DNA of 32,000 bases. It comes from Psychrobacter cryohalolentis K5. GTDB lineage: Bacteria; Pseudomonadota; Gammaproteobacteria; Pseudomonadales; Moraxellaceae. This document shows, piece by piece, positions 1 through 9,614 of the stretch. Made by a program: the position numbers and the translations under genes. The first letter of the stretch is position 1. Every line of letters starts with the position of its first letter. The stretch spans positions 2,940,001-2,972,000 of the forward strand of contig NC_007969.1 of the NCBI RefSeq assembly GCF_000013905.1, read 5' to 3'. The notes beneath the pieces were generated by a model, which did not search any database, was not told the origin of the DNA, and saw nothing but the letters and a program-made list of their open reading frames with translations.

Positions 1-12
1 GTGAAAGACCCT

Positions 13-795
13 ATGTTAGCAAAGCGTATCATCCCTTGTTTGGACGTTGATAATGGGCGCGTGGTCAAAGGCGTACAATTTGTCGATATCAAAGATGCAG
101 GTGACCCTGTCGAGGTAGCGAAACGCTACAATGAACAAGGCGCCGATGAGATTACTTTTTTGGACATTACTGCGACCAATGACGAGCGTGACACCACTTA
201 CCATACGGTAGAACGTATGGCGGAAACGGTATTTGTGCCATTAACTGTCGGCGGCGGCGTGCGTAAAATTGCCGATATTCGTAATTTGCTCAATGCAGGC
301 GCGGATAAAGTAGCGATCAATTCTGCTGCGGTATTTACCCCTGAGTTCGTCGGTGAAGCCTCGCAGAAATTCGGCAATCAATGTATCGTCGTTGCTATCG
401 ATGCCAAGCGCGTTGCTGATATCGAGGTTGATGGCATTATCATGCCGCGTTGGGAAATATTTACCCACGGCGGTCGTAAGCCAACGGGCATTGATGCCGT
501 CGCTTGGGCAAGCAAAATGGCTGAGCTTGGCGCCGGTGAATTATTGGTAACTTCTATGGATGGCGATGGCACCAAAAAAGGCTACGATTTGGCATTAATG
601 AAGCAAATTACCAGTCGTGTAAATGTACCAGTTATCGCGTCAGGTGGCGTCGGTAATTTACAGCATTTAGCCGAAGGCGTATTAGAAGGCGGCGTCGATG
701 CCGTCCTTGCTGCCAGTATTTTTCACTTTGGTGAGTATACCGTTCAAGAAGCCAAAGCATATATGGCAGCGCAAGGTATACAAATGCGTTTGTAA
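13..795 (+). CDS. hisF: Imidazole glycerol phosphate synthase cyclase subunit HisF
   Basis: The translation from ATG 13 ([12 protein letters not shown]...VASGGVG...FHFGEY) reads as HisF along its full length. The canonical HisF N-terminus starts at ATG 13. The GTG at position 1 in the ORF track is probably a window-edge artefact. Confidence 0.95.
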   Translation: MLAKRIIPCLDVDNGRVVKGVQFVDIKDAGDPVEVAKRYNEQGADEITFLDITATNDERDTTYHTVERMAETVFVPLTVGGGVRKIADIRNLLNAGADKVAINSAAVFTPEFVGEASQKFGNQCIVVAIDAKRVADIEVDGIIMPRWEIFTHGGRKPTGIDAVAWASKMAELGAGELLVTSMDGDGTKKGYDLALMKQITSRVNVPVIASGGVGNLQHLAEGVLEGGVDAVLAASIFHFGEYTVQEAKAYMAAQGIQMRL

Positions 796-1000
796 GACGT
801 TGGTAAAATACAAATATAGTAGAAAAAAATGTTATCATAGCGCTAACTGCTTATTATCATTTGGTTTTCGTTCATTTTACTGCCTATTTATCTGCTCACT
901 AGCCAATTAAATAAGCGATTTGAACCTAGCAATATATTTAGATTCCTAATACTTAGATTCTTATACTTCTATTAATAGCCTATTCGGCAAAGGATTTTTT

Positions 1001-1522
1001 ATGTCAAATTTACAACAGCAACGCAATGACGTGACCCATATTGATGGCAATTTACATCAAAACGAGGACGTGCGTATCGGTATCGTCGTCGGTCGTTTTA
1101 ATGGTTTTGTCGTTGAGTCATTGGTTGATGGTGCGATTGATGCGTTGCTTCGTCATGGCGTATTGGGCAGTAACATCACTGTGATTCGTGTGCCGGGTGC
1201 TTTCGAGTTGCCATTGGTTGCACAGCGTGCTGCTGAGTCTGATCGCTTTGACGCTATCGTTGCTTTGGGTGCGATTATCCGTGGTAGCACGCCGCATTTT
1301 GACTTTGTCGCAAGCGAATCTGCTAAAGGTTTAAGCAGTGTTGCCATTGACTATAATATTCCAGTAGCAAACGGCGTATTGACTACTGACAGCATCGAGC
1401 AAGCGATTGAGCGTGCTGGTACTAAAGCTGGTAATAAAGGTTCAGAAGCAGCGATGGTTGTACTAGAAATGCTTGCTGTGTTATCACAGTTAGACATTGA
1501 TGATGGCAGCGAAGACGCTTAA
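1001..1522 (+). CDS. ribH: 6,7-dimethyl-8-ribityllumazine synthase
   Basis: 173-aa ORF with lumazine synthase hallmarks ([33 protein letters not shown]). AAAGGA lies 6 nt upstream of the ATG. It sits upstream of nusB, the order I recall from enterobacteria. Confidence 0.95.
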   Translation: MSNLQQQRNDVTHIDGNLHQNEDVRIGIVVGRFNGFVVESLVDGAIDALLRHGVLGSNITVIRVPGAFELPLVAQRAAESDRFDAIVALGAIIRGSTPHFDFVASESAKGLSSVAIDYNIPVANGVLTTDSIEQAIERAGTKAGNKGSEAAMVVLEMLAVLSQLDIDDGSEDA

Positions 1523-1752
1523 TTGCACTCACTGTTAGCCGCATTTATGAGTATAAAATTATTATTTATTGTTTGAAACGGGGCTATGGTTATAACGATA
1601 GCCCTTAGCACTTTACAATAGCATTAGCATTAATATTTTAAATGATTATCGAACATCCATCTCCAAGACTGACTAGCAACATTTGCTAGTCGACCACTAT
1701 TTAACATTTTATTTTTAAACTTATTATCTCAAAAACTAGGTATAGACCCCTT

Positions 1753-2814
1753 ATGACTGACCAACTCAAGCGCGCTATTAGCGCTGCACAAACCGCACAA
1801 GTTAATGACCAACAAGCTGAAGCCACGCGCATCGCGAGCAGCAGTGCGGGCGATCAAACCTTTGATATGAGTGAGTCTTCTTATAAGACCAGTCACACTG
1901 CTATTCGTAAGGCACGCCGCTTTGCTATGCAAGGTCTATATGAATGGCTGGTTACTGACCGCCGTTTTGATATCGATGGCAAGCTTGGTTGGAAAGCCAA
2001 TGCCCCGCACGATATTGCTGCTCGTACACGCGCGACTAATGCCATGCATACTGTACATATTGGCTACTATCATGAAATGATGCGTGATATCCCAGAGCAG
2101 ATTGATGCCTTAGATGCGCTTATTAGCCAGCATCTAGATCGTGAAATCAATAAACTCGATACGGTTGAACATGCCATTCTTTTGGTTGGCGCTTACGAGC
2201 TACAAAATCGTTTAGAAATTCCGTACAAAGTGGTACTTGATGAAGCGATGAAGCTAAACAATCACTTTGGTGCTACGGATGCACATAAACTGATTAATGC
2301 CGTCTTAGATAGAATGGCAGTTGAGCTACGTGCTCCCGAAGTAGACGCAGATAGTAAAGCCAATCTTCGCACCTCACAAAAAGCAGCAGCTAAGCCTGTT
2401 ACTAAAGCGGATAAAAAAACAGATATCAATGCTAATAATAGCGATATCGAAGAAAAACCAATAGCATCAAATAAACCACGTATCAGTGCTAATAATGCCA
2501 GTGTTAAACGCAATAGTGTCAGTAAAGCTTTGGCAAATATTACTGATTACAAAGCTAGTAAGCAGAACGATACTCAAAATACGGTTGAGGAAATTATTAT
2601 TAAGCCGACTAGCATCGAAACAGTCATCGTTGATAAAGTAGACGAGATTGCCGTTAGTGCCGAAAACATTGCCAATGATCAGCCAGTAGAAGAAAACATC
2701 GCTGCTAGCAATGACAAAGTTACAGCAGAGGTCGAATTACTTGACTCGAATAGCGCTAATTTTGATACAAAAAGTGCTGAATTAAATGATGCTGATGAAA
2801 AAAGCCAAGACTAG
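1753..2814 (+). CDS. nusB: Transcription antitermination factor NusB with N-terminal extension and about 160-aa low-complexity C-terminal tail
   Basis: A NusB core ([14 protein letters not shown] ... [12 protein letters not shown] ... [13 protein letters not shown] ... [14 protein letters not shown]) spans about aa 52-190 of a 353-aa ORF. The stop is 2 nt before the thiL ATG. The start is uncertain (ATG 1753 or in-frame ATG 1867) and neither has a strong RBS. Confidence 0.85.
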   Translation: MTDQLKRAISAAQTAQVNDQQAEATRIASSSAGDQTFDMSESSYKTSHTAIRKARRFAMQGLYEWLVTDRRFDIDGKLGWKANAPHDIAARTRATNAMHTVHIGYYHEMMRDIPEQIDALDALISQHLDREINKLDTVEHAILLVGAYELQNRLEIPYKVVLDEAMKLNNHFGATDAHKLINAVLDRMAVELRAPEVDADSKANLRTSQKAAAKPVTKADKKTDINANNSDIEEKPIASNKPRISANNASVKRNSVSKALANITDYKASKQNDTQNTVEEIIIKPTSIETVIVDKVDEIAVSAENIANDQPVEENIAASNDKVTAEVELLDSNSANFDTKSAELNDADEKSQD

Positions 2815-2816
2815 CC

Positions 2817-3851
2817 ATGAATGAATTTGAGCTGATTGAGCGCATATTTTCACAGATGCAAGCCACGCAGTCATCATCTAACGCTGTCGAAAAGGGCATC
2901 GGTGATGATGCGGCTGTGATGGCATTGCCACAAGGCGCGCGCTTAGTCAGCTGTATTGACACACTCGTTCAAGGTCGTCACTTTAGTGCTGATTGGGAAC
3001 AGGTGAATAAACTGGCATTTGCTATTGGTTATAAAGCGGTAGCCGTTAACGTCTCTGATATAGCGGCTATGGGTGCTACCCCGCATAGCATTTTACTAGC
3101 ATTAGCATTACCTCAGCGCCTTGCTAATAGTCAGTGGCTGACTGAGTTTGCCAAAGGTTTATTTCATGCTTGCCAGTTATTTGGTGTGACTTTGATAGGC
3201 GGTGATACGACCCGTAATGATAGCTTAGTGTTAAGTGTCAGTGCCCAAGGGCTGATTGCCGCAGATACTCCCGCTGTCTATCGCTCAGGTGCGCAAGTCG
3301 GTGATAAAATTTATGTGTCAGGTACACTTGGTGATGCCGCTTATGCCTTACAGCACCCTGATAATGCTATCGGTATTGAACTTGCGCATCGACTTCATAT
3401 GCCAACACCACGTATTAGCTTAGGTGCAGCACTAGCACAAATCGGTGCAACGTCAATGATAGATATCTCTGATGGTCTTTATCAAGATCTTGGTCATATC
3501 TGCGAGCAAAGCGGCATCGCTATGAGACTTAATTTGGAAGCTCTTCCTACCAGTAACCCTTTAGCTAGTATCGATGTATCTGAGCGGCTATTGTGTCAAT
3601 TAACTGGTGGCGATGATTATGAGTTGGCTTTTACCTTACCTCCCCATATCGAGCCATCTTCTTGTACCGACGTTAATACGCCTGTGACTTACATTGGTAA
3701 TGTGATTGCATTGGCGAGTGATAGAAATACAGATAATGCGGCGCATACACGTCCTGAACTTTATTATCAAGATCAGCCAGTGACACCCACCCATCCCTCA
3801 CCGTTTATTACTTGGCCCAATCTTACGGGTTACCAACATTTTGCAGGTTAA
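2817..3851 (+). CDS. thiL: Thiamine-monophosphate kinase
   Basis: 344-aa ORF with AIR-synthase-like ThiL motifs (GIGDDAAV, DTLVQGRHF, GYKAVAVNVSDIAAMGA, GGDTT, LTGGDDYEL). It is tightly packed between nusB and pgpA. Confidence 0.92.
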   Translation: MNEFELIERIFSQMQATQSSSNAVEKGIGDDAAVMALPQGARLVSCIDTLVQGRHFSADWEQVNKLAFAIGYKAVAVNVSDIAAMGATPHSILLALALPQRLANSQWLTEFAKGLFHACQLFGVTLIGGDTTRNDSLVLSVSAQGLIAADTPAVYRSGAQVGDKIYVSGTLGDAAYALQHPDNAIGIELAHRLHMPTPRISLGAALAQIGATSMIDISDGLYQDLGHICEQSGIAMRLNLEALPTSNPLASIDVSERLLCQLTGGDDYELAFTLPPHIEPSSCTDVNTPVTYIGNVIALASDRNTDNAAHTRPELYYQDQPVTPTHPSPFITWPNLTGYQHFAG

Positions 3852-3854
3852 CCC

Positions 3855-4433
3855 ATGACCGATCACGACCTAGTTAAGCCCGATATCCGTAAAGCCAATG
3901 ATTGCCCTCCTCTGCCAGTCAACGCCACTATGATTGACCGCGCAGTTTATTGGCTCGGTATTGGCTTAGGCAGTGGTTTACCTCGCCGGGCGCCCGGCAC
4001 TTGGGGTACGGTTGGCGGCTTAATCGTTGCAATACCGCTGCTAAGCTTAGGCTTTATACCATTTTTAATTATTACACTTTTATCTTGCATCATTGGTATC
4101 TGGATATGTGGTCGCACCTCAGATTTGATGGGCGGTCATGATGACCCACATATCGTCTGGGATGAGTGGGCAGGTATATGGATTACCTTATTGCCGTTGT
4201 CTTATATAGGTATTGCTGACGGTAATTTTTGGCACAATATCTCGCAACCTTTTTCTGTCGCTGCTCTGATCATGATCTTTATACTTTTTCGCTTTTTTGA
4301 CATCATTAAGCCACCACCCATTGGATGGGCAGATAAAAAAGTCGCTGGCGGTCTAGGCATTATGTTAGATGACATTATTGCTAGCATTATGGCAGCGGCA
4401 GTTTGGGTCATTATTTATAATATAATCCTCTAA
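3855..4433 (+). CDS. pgpA: Phosphatidylglycerophosphatase A
   Basis: 192-aa polytopic membrane ORF with PgpA-like motifs (GLGSGLPRRAPGTWGT, DDPHIVWDEWAG, FRFFDIIKPPPI). The ATG is 3 nt after the thiL stop. Confidence 0.9.
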   Translation: MTDHDLVKPDIRKANDCPPLPVNATMIDRAVYWLGIGLGSGLPRRAPGTWGTVGGLIVAIPLLSLGFIPFLIITLLSCIIGIWICGRTSDLMGGHDDPHIVWDEWAGIWITLLPLSYIGIADGNFWHNISQPFSVAALIMIFILFRFFDIIKPPPIGWADKKVAGGLGIMLDDIIASIMAAAVWVIIYNIIL

Positions 4434-4553
4434 TTTTACATTAGCAGCGCATTTATTTTATCTTGTAACCAGATGGTGATAACAAAACAACTTTCATCAT
4501 TTAATATTGCTGTTAGCGATAGCTGAATTACAAAGAGGTCACGACATAGCGTT

Positions 4554-4581
4554 TTAGTTAAATGCCAATTTACGCTATAAT
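4554..4581 (+). promoter_or_regulatory. Candidate sigma70 promoter for glmU (TTAGTT-16 nt-TATAAT)
   Basis: A perfect TATAAT at 4576-4581 has a weak -35-like TTAGTT at 4554-4559, about 35 nt upstream of the glmU ATG. This is sequence inspection only. Confidence 0.3.
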
Positions 4582-4616
4582 CCCAAATTATATTTTGTTA
4601 CATTTGTAGGGCTATT

Positions 4617-5993
4617 ATGACATCTTCTCTTTCGGTAATTATCCTCGCTGCTGGTAAAGGCACGCGTATGCAGTCGGCTAAGCCAAAAGTGCTACAGACA
4701 TTGGCTGGCAAGTCATTGCTAGGTCACGTGTTAGACACTTGCCATCAATTGACGGTTGATGACACCATCATTGTCCATGGTTTTGGTGGCGAGCAAGTAC
4801 AAGATCACATTGACCAGCAATATGCGCATTTGCCCATTACTTGGGTTGCCCAAACTGAGCAGTTGGGCACGGGACATGCGGTCAAAGTGACTCTATCTGA
4901 GCTACCAAAAGATGGACAAAGCCTCATTCTTTACGGCGACGTGCCATTGGTTAGCTGTCAAACGTTAGCGACACTACAGGATGCCAATACTGACGGCATG
5001 TCTATGTTGACGCTAACCGTAGATAATCCATTTGGTCTTGGTCGTATTAAACGTGATAAAGATGGCAATATTGAAGCCATTATTGAGCAAAAAGACGCCA
5101 ATAGCGATGAGCAGCAGATACAAGAAATTAATAGCGGTATTTACTGCGTCGATAATGCTTTATTGCATAAATTTTTGCCCAAGCTATCAAATGACAATGC
5201 GCAGCAAGAATACTATCTGACCGATATTGTCAAAATGGCGGTTGCTGATGGCATCACTATTGCAGCGATTGAGCCTGAGCATACCTTTGAGATTGAAGGC
5301 GTGAATAACCGTCAACAACTTGCTAGCTTAGAGCGTACATGGCAAGGTAAACTTGTCGCCGACTTACAAGAAGCTGGCGTACAGTTCGCTGACCCTACTC
5401 GTGTCGATATTCGTGGCACCTTGAGCGCAGGTCAGGACGTGTTTGTCGATGTGGGTGTGGTATTTGAGGGTGATTGTGTCTTAGGTGATAATGTTTATAT
5501 TGAAGCGGGCTGTGTCATTAAAAACGCCCAGATAGGCAACGCTTGTCATATAAAGCCTTATTGCGTGATTGATAGCGCTGAAGTTGGCGCAGGTGTAGAT
5601 ATTGGTCCTTTTGCGCATTTACGTCCTGAGACCATACTCTCTGACAACAGCAAAGTCGGTAATTTTGTCGAAATTAAAAAATCAACAATTGGTGATGGTA
5701 GCAAGGTTAATCATCTAAGCTATATTGGTGATGCCACTATTGGTACTGGTGTCAATGTTGGCGCTGGTGTGATTACTTGCAATTATGATGGTGTGAATAA
5801 ATCACAAACCATCATTGACGATAATGCCTTTATTGGCTCTAACTCAAGTCTAGTGGCGCCAGTGAAAATTGGTGATACCGCTACTGTGGCAGCTGGTTCA
5901 GTGATTACTAAAAACGTTGATGCTCATGCACTAGCCTTTGGTCGTGCTCGTCAAACACAGAAAAATGACTTTAAGCGTCCGACTAAAAAATAA
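4617..5993 (+). CDS. glmU: Bifunctional UDP-N-acetylglucosamine diphosphorylase / glucosamine-1-phosphate N-acetyltransferase
   Basis: 458-aa ORF. The N-terminus carries LAAGKGTRM. The C-terminal half carries left-handed beta-helix hexapeptide repeats. Length is typical of GlmU. Confidence 0.97.
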   Translation: MTSSLSVIILAAGKGTRMQSAKPKVLQTLAGKSLLGHVLDTCHQLTVDDTIIVHGFGGEQVQDHIDQQYAHLPITWVAQTEQLGTGHAVKVTLSELPKDGQSLILYGDVPLVSCQTLATLQDANTDGMSMLTLTVDNPFGLGRIKRDKDGNIEAIIEQKDANSDEQQIQEINSGIYCVDNALLHKFLPKLSNDNAQQEYYLTDIVKMAVADGITIAAIEPEHTFEIEGVNNRQQLASLERTWQGKLVADLQEAGVQFADPTRVDIRGTLSAGQDVFVDVGVVFEGDCVLGDNVYIEAGCVIKNAQIGNACHIKPYCVIDSAEVGAGVDIGPFAHLRPETILSDNSKVGNFVEIKKSTIGDGSKVNHLSYIGDATIGTGVNVGAGVITCNYDGVNKSQTIIDDNAFIGSNSSLVAPVKIGDTATVAAGSVITKNVDAHALAFGRARQTQKNDFKRPTKK

Positions 5994-6041
5994 TGGCAGC
6001 GTTGACAGTTAGTTAAATAAAAATGGCTCTTAGCAATCTCA

Positions 6042-6082
6042 AGCAGTACGACAATGATTTGTGGTGCTGCTTATTTATATTT
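6042..6082 (+). terminator. Possible weak intrinsic terminator or processing hairpin between glmU and glmS
   Basis: AGCAGTAC (6042-6049) pairs with GTGCTGCT (6064-6071) with one G:U pair. It is followed by the T-rich TATTTATATTT. Confidence 0.35.
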
Positions 6083-6152
6083 ATAGATTAACCAGACATC
6101 GTCATACATAGAAATACATAGAAATACTAATAATTAAATTTAAGGAATAGTT

Positions 6153-7997
6153 ATGTGCGGAATAGTTGGAGCAGTGGCTGAGCGTAATATCGCCAATATC
6201 TTACTTGAGGGACTTAAGCGCCTAGAATATAGAGGCTATGATTCTGCTGGTCTGACTGTCATTCGTGATGGCGAGCTCCACCGTGAGCGCCAAGTGGGTA
6301 AAGTTCAGGCCTTAGTCGATGCCGTCGCAGTCAACCCAGAGTTTTTCGATGGTCATATTGGTATTGCGCATACACGCTGGGCAACGCATGGCGAGCCGGC
6401 TCAGCGTAACGCCCATCCGCATGTTTCAGGCAAGATTGCTGTGGTACATAATGGTATCGTTGAAAACTACGCCGAGCTAAAAGAAGAATTAATTGCCAAA
6501 GGGTACGAGTTTACCTCGCAAACCGATACCGAAGTCGTCGCGCATCTCATTAACGATATCTATAAAGCAACGCCTGACTTATTAGAAGCCGTTCGCACTG
6601 TCACTCCTTTGTTACATGGAGCATTTGCCCTTGGCGTTATCCATGTTGATTGCCCAGAAGAGCTGATTACGGTACGTTTAGGCTCTCCTTTGGTGATTGG
6701 CGTCGGTATTGGCGAAAACTTTATCGCCTCCGATCAATTGGCACTTTTACCAGTGACCAATCGTTTTATGTATCTAGAGGAAGGCGATATTGCCCGATTA
6801 ACGCGTAACAGTATTCAGGTTTACGCTGATGGTGTCGAGGTCACACGCCAAATCCATGAAATTGACGCAGCACAACACAATGCAGACAAGGGCGAATTTA
6901 AGCATTATATGCTCAAAGAAATCTACGAGCAGCCAGATGCTGTCGCTCGTACTCTCGAGATGGCATTAGATAATGATGAGCCAACTAAACTGCGTGATGA
7001 TTTTCTGCAACGTCATGAAACGCAATTAAAAGGCATTAAGCACGTACAAGTGATCGCTTGTGGTACTAGCTATCATTCAGGTTTGGTCGCAAAATATTGG
7101 TTTGAGAGTCTTATTCGTGTGCCTTGCTCAGTGGAAGTTGCCAGTGAGTTCCGTTATCGCAATCCAGTCGTTATTGATAACTCTTTAGTGATTTGTATTT
7201 CTCAGTCGGGCGAGACTGCTGATACTTTATCTGCACTACGTGATATTCAAAAACAGTCTCCTATTGGACTGGTTAGTCTGGCATTGTGCAATGTGCCAAC
7301 CTCATCATTGGTACGTGAAACGGATATCTTTTTACCAACGCTTGCCGGTCCCGAGATTGGCGTGGCATCTACCAAAGCCTTTACTACTCAGCTTGCAGCA
7401 CTGATGTTATTGTTATTAAAGGTAGGTGTGACCCAACAGCGCATGACTGATGAAAATTTGAGCACGCTGCTTAGTCAACTGCAACAACTACCGGGTCAGC
7501 TCCATGCCAGCTTACACCTGGACGCGCCTATCAAGATCATGAGTGAGCATTTTGAATATAAGAAAAGCTGCTTATTCCTAGGTCGTGGTTTACAGTTCCC
7601 AATTGCTCTAGAAGGCGCATTAAAGTTAAAGGAAATCTCTTATATCCACGCTGAAGGCTATGCAGCAGGCGAGCTGAAGCACGGACCATTGGCATTAGTG
7701 GATAAAGATATGCCTATCGTGGTGCTAGCCCCAAAAGACAGTATGTTTGATAAGCTAAAAGCCAATATGCAAGAAGTACATGCCCGTCATGGTGAGTTGT
7801 TTGTCTTTGCAAGCGAATCCAGTCAAATGGTCGCAGCAGATAGATTGCACGTGGTGTATGTGCCAGATGTTTGCGAAACGCTTGCGCCGATTGTTTATAG
7901 CGTGCCAGTACAATTGCTGTCATATCATGTCGCAGTAATGCGCGGTACAGACGTTGATCAGCCACGTAACCTAGCAAAATCAGTTACAGTCGAATAA
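6153..7997 (+). CDS. glmS: Glutamine--fructose-6-phosphate aminotransferase (isomerizing)
   Basis: 614-aa ORF starting MCGIVGAV (Ntn amidotransferase Cys2). It has two SIS domains and the C-terminal LAKSVTVE. AAGGA lies upstream of the ATG. Confidence 0.97.
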   Translation: MCGIVGAVAERNIANILLEGLKRLEYRGYDSAGLTVIRDGELHRERQVGKVQALVDAVAVNPEFFDGHIGIAHTRWATHGEPAQRNAHPHVSGKIAVVHNGIVENYAELKEELIAKGYEFTSQTDTEVVAHLINDIYKATPDLLEAVRTVTPLLHGAFALGVIHVDCPEELITVRLGSPLVIGVGIGENFIASDQLALLPVTNRFMYLEEGDIARLTRNSIQVYADGVEVTRQIHEIDAAQHNADKGEFKHYMLKEIYEQPDAVARTLEMALDNDEPTKLRDDFLQRHETQLKGIKHVQVIACGTSYHSGLVAKYWFESLIRVPCSVEVASEFRYRNPVVIDNSLVICISQSGETADTLSALRDIQKQSPIGLVSLALCNVPTSSLVRETDIFLPTLAGPEIGVASTKAFTTQLAALMLLLLKVGVTQQRMTDENLSTLLSQLQQLPGQLHASLHLDAPIKIMSEHFEYKKSCLFLGRGLQFPIALEGALKLKEISYIHAEGYAAGELKHGPLALVDKDMPIVVLAPKDSMFDKLKANMQEVHARHGELFVFASESSQMVAADRLHVVYVPDVCETLAPIVYSVPVQLLSYHVAVMRGTDVDQPRNLAKSVTVE

Positions 7998-8079
7998 TGT
8001 TTACTAATTTATTTTATTTTTTGTCAGCGAGTAATAAAGTATCATATTAGACAATTCATTCTATTGACTCAACTATTAG

Positions 8080-8116
8080 CCCTTGCTGTTGTTTAATACC
8101 ACAGCAAGGGTTTTTT
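8080..8116 (+). terminator. Rho-independent terminator after glmS
   Basis: A perfect 10-bp stem, CCCTTGCTGT (8080-8089) with ACAGCAAGGG (8101-8110), is followed by TTTTTT (8111-8116). Confidence 0.85.
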
Positions 8117-8243
8117 ATGCGCTCAAAAAAAAGCAAAAATGGCTTAAAGAAAGTAGAGGTACAATACAAAAAAATAGCGATACCCCGTCTTTCATTAAAT
8201 GAGGTATCACTATATGACTATGCTTCGTGATCTTCAATGACTT

Positions 8244-9245
8244 TTAGTCTCTTTCTAATACCACTCTATAGCGAGCGTTACCACTCTCTAGGCGCTCAAA
8301 TGCTTCATTGATCTCAGACATTTTGTACGTTTCAGTCACTGGCTGAATATTATGTCGAGCGGCAAAATCTAACATTTTTCGCAGGGTTGACGGTGATCCA
8401 ACTGGTGAGCCTGACAGACTGTTTTGAGCCATAATCATTGGTGCAGCTGATATCTCTAATGGAGCTTCTAACAGTCCAACAAAGTGTAGCTTACCTTTTG
8501 GTCTCAAAGTCTTGATCACAACATCCCAGTTCATATCGACGTTCACTGTTGATATGATTAAATCAAAAGAACCAGCGGCTTTTTCAATTTCACTATCCTC
8601 TCTTGAGTTTAATGAGTGATGAGCGCCCATCTCTTTTGCTTCTTCCATTTTTGATTCACTGGTAAATGCCGTCACTTCACAGCCCCACGCATTGGCAAAT
8701 TGAAGCGCTAGATGACCTAAACCACCAATACCGATAACAGCGACTCTTGAGGTTGGCGTGATGTCGTACTGCATAAGCGGATTAAACACCGTAACGCCAC
8801 CGCATAGCAATGGTCCTACCGCATTAAAATCAAGCCCTTCAGGTATCTTGATGACGCTAGTATCTTTTGCGCGCACCTTATCTGCAAAACCGCCATGGTT
8901 ACCAATGATAGTACCTTCTTGCTCAGGGCATAGATTGTGGTCCCCACCGATACATAGATCACAAACGTTGCAATATCCTTTATGCCAGCCAAGCCCGACT
9001 TTATCGCCAAGCTCTAGGTGCTTGACGTGCTTACCCTTTGCGAGGACTTTTCCTGCGACTTCATGCCCACCTACAAACGGATATTGGGTCATTCCCCATT
9101 CGTTTTGCCACATCGATAGATCGCTATGGCAGATACCGCAGCTATGTACTTCGATTTCTACTTCATGATCCCCTAATGTGCCAGGATCATATTGATAAGG
9201 CACAAACTCACCACCTTTTTCTTTTGCTGCATAGGCATTAATCAT
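8244..9245 (-). CDS. NAD(P)-dependent Zn alcohol dehydrogenase, cinnamyl-alcohol-dehydrogenase / YahK-like
   Basis: 333-aa ORF with CGICHSD and GHEVAG catalytic Zn motifs, a structural Zn Cys cluster ([15 protein letters not shown]) and the GIGGLGH dinucleotide fold. End-to-end resemblance to YahK/AdhA-type enzymes. Confidence 0.9.
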   Translation of the reverse strand: MINAYAAKEKGGEFVPYQYDPGTLGDHEVEIEVHSCGICHSDLSMWQNEWGMTQYPFVGGHEVAGKVLAKGKHVKHLELGDKVGLGWHKGYCNVCDLCIGGDHNLCPEQEGTIIGNHGGFADKVRAKDTSVIKIPEGLDFNAVGPLLCGGVTVFNPLMQYDITPTSRVAVIGIGGLGHLALQFANAWGCEVTAFTSESKMEEAKEMGAHHSLNSREDSEIEKAAGSFDLIISTVNVDMNWDVVIKTLRPKGKLHFVGLLEAPLEISAAPMIMAQNSLSGSPVGSPSTLRKMLDFAARHNIQPVTETYKMSEINEAFERLESGNARYRVVLERD

Positions 9246-9540
9246 AGTTATTCCTTGTTTTCTAATATGTATAGAAACTGGTTTATAGTTCTAGTAATGA
9301 TCAAGACACGGATAGCATCAAAATATCGATATAAACCGTTTCTTTGATAAATTTAACTGAATCGACTATAACAAAGACTTGCTCAACTAAACCACTAAAC
9401 TTACCAGTTTCAGACTAACGTCATACAAAGAACCATAATTAAAGCCCATTACCTTGGTAACCTGTCTCCCAATAACACATATTACGACTCTTTTACTTCA
9501 TAATAGCTTTAACTAATCTAGTAGCAAAAATCTTACCCAT

Positions 9541-9580
9541 AAAAAGCTCAAACTATATCTGAATATAATTTGAGCTTTTT
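9541..9580 (-). terminator. Intrinsic terminator downstream of the RND operon
   Basis: AAAAAGCTCAAA (9541-9552) pairs with TTTGAGCTTTTT (9569-9580), 35 nt downstream of the permease stop on the minus strand. The stem is AT-rich. Confidence 0.6.
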
Positions 9581-9614
9581 ATGTCGCTTACTAACAGTAT
9601 TACTGTTAGAGCTG

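Noticed and set aside
1-12. GTG at position 1 as the hisF start
   Set aside because: The conserved HisF N-terminus [12 protein letters not shown] begins at ATG 13. Position 1 is simply where the window begins.
796-1000. Possible FMN riboswitch upstream of ribH
   Set aside because: I could not find the conserved FMN-element core sequences in the 205-bp spacer. As far as I recall, in gammaproteobacteria the FMN element usually precedes ribB rather than ribH.
5994-6152. glmS ribozyme upstream of glmS
   Set aside because: The spacer is short and AT-rich with no recognisable conserved ribozyme core. As I recall, the glmS ribozyme is characteristic of Gram-positive lineages.
8758-9241. Plus-strand ORFs (136 aa and 67 aa) inside the alcohol dehydrogenase gene, and similar antisense ORFs in the patatin, membrane fusion protein, argA and parE genes
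   Set aside because: These are shadow ORFs opposite well-supported genes. They have no independent signals.
9591-9609. Perfect palindrome CTAACAGTA-T-TACTGTTAG just downstream of the RND permease stop
   Set aside because: It is real in the sequence, but the 1-nt centre makes a poor RNA hairpin, no T-tract follows, and it occurs only once. There is insufficient basis to call it a binding site, and the AT-rich terminator at 9541-9580 explains termination.
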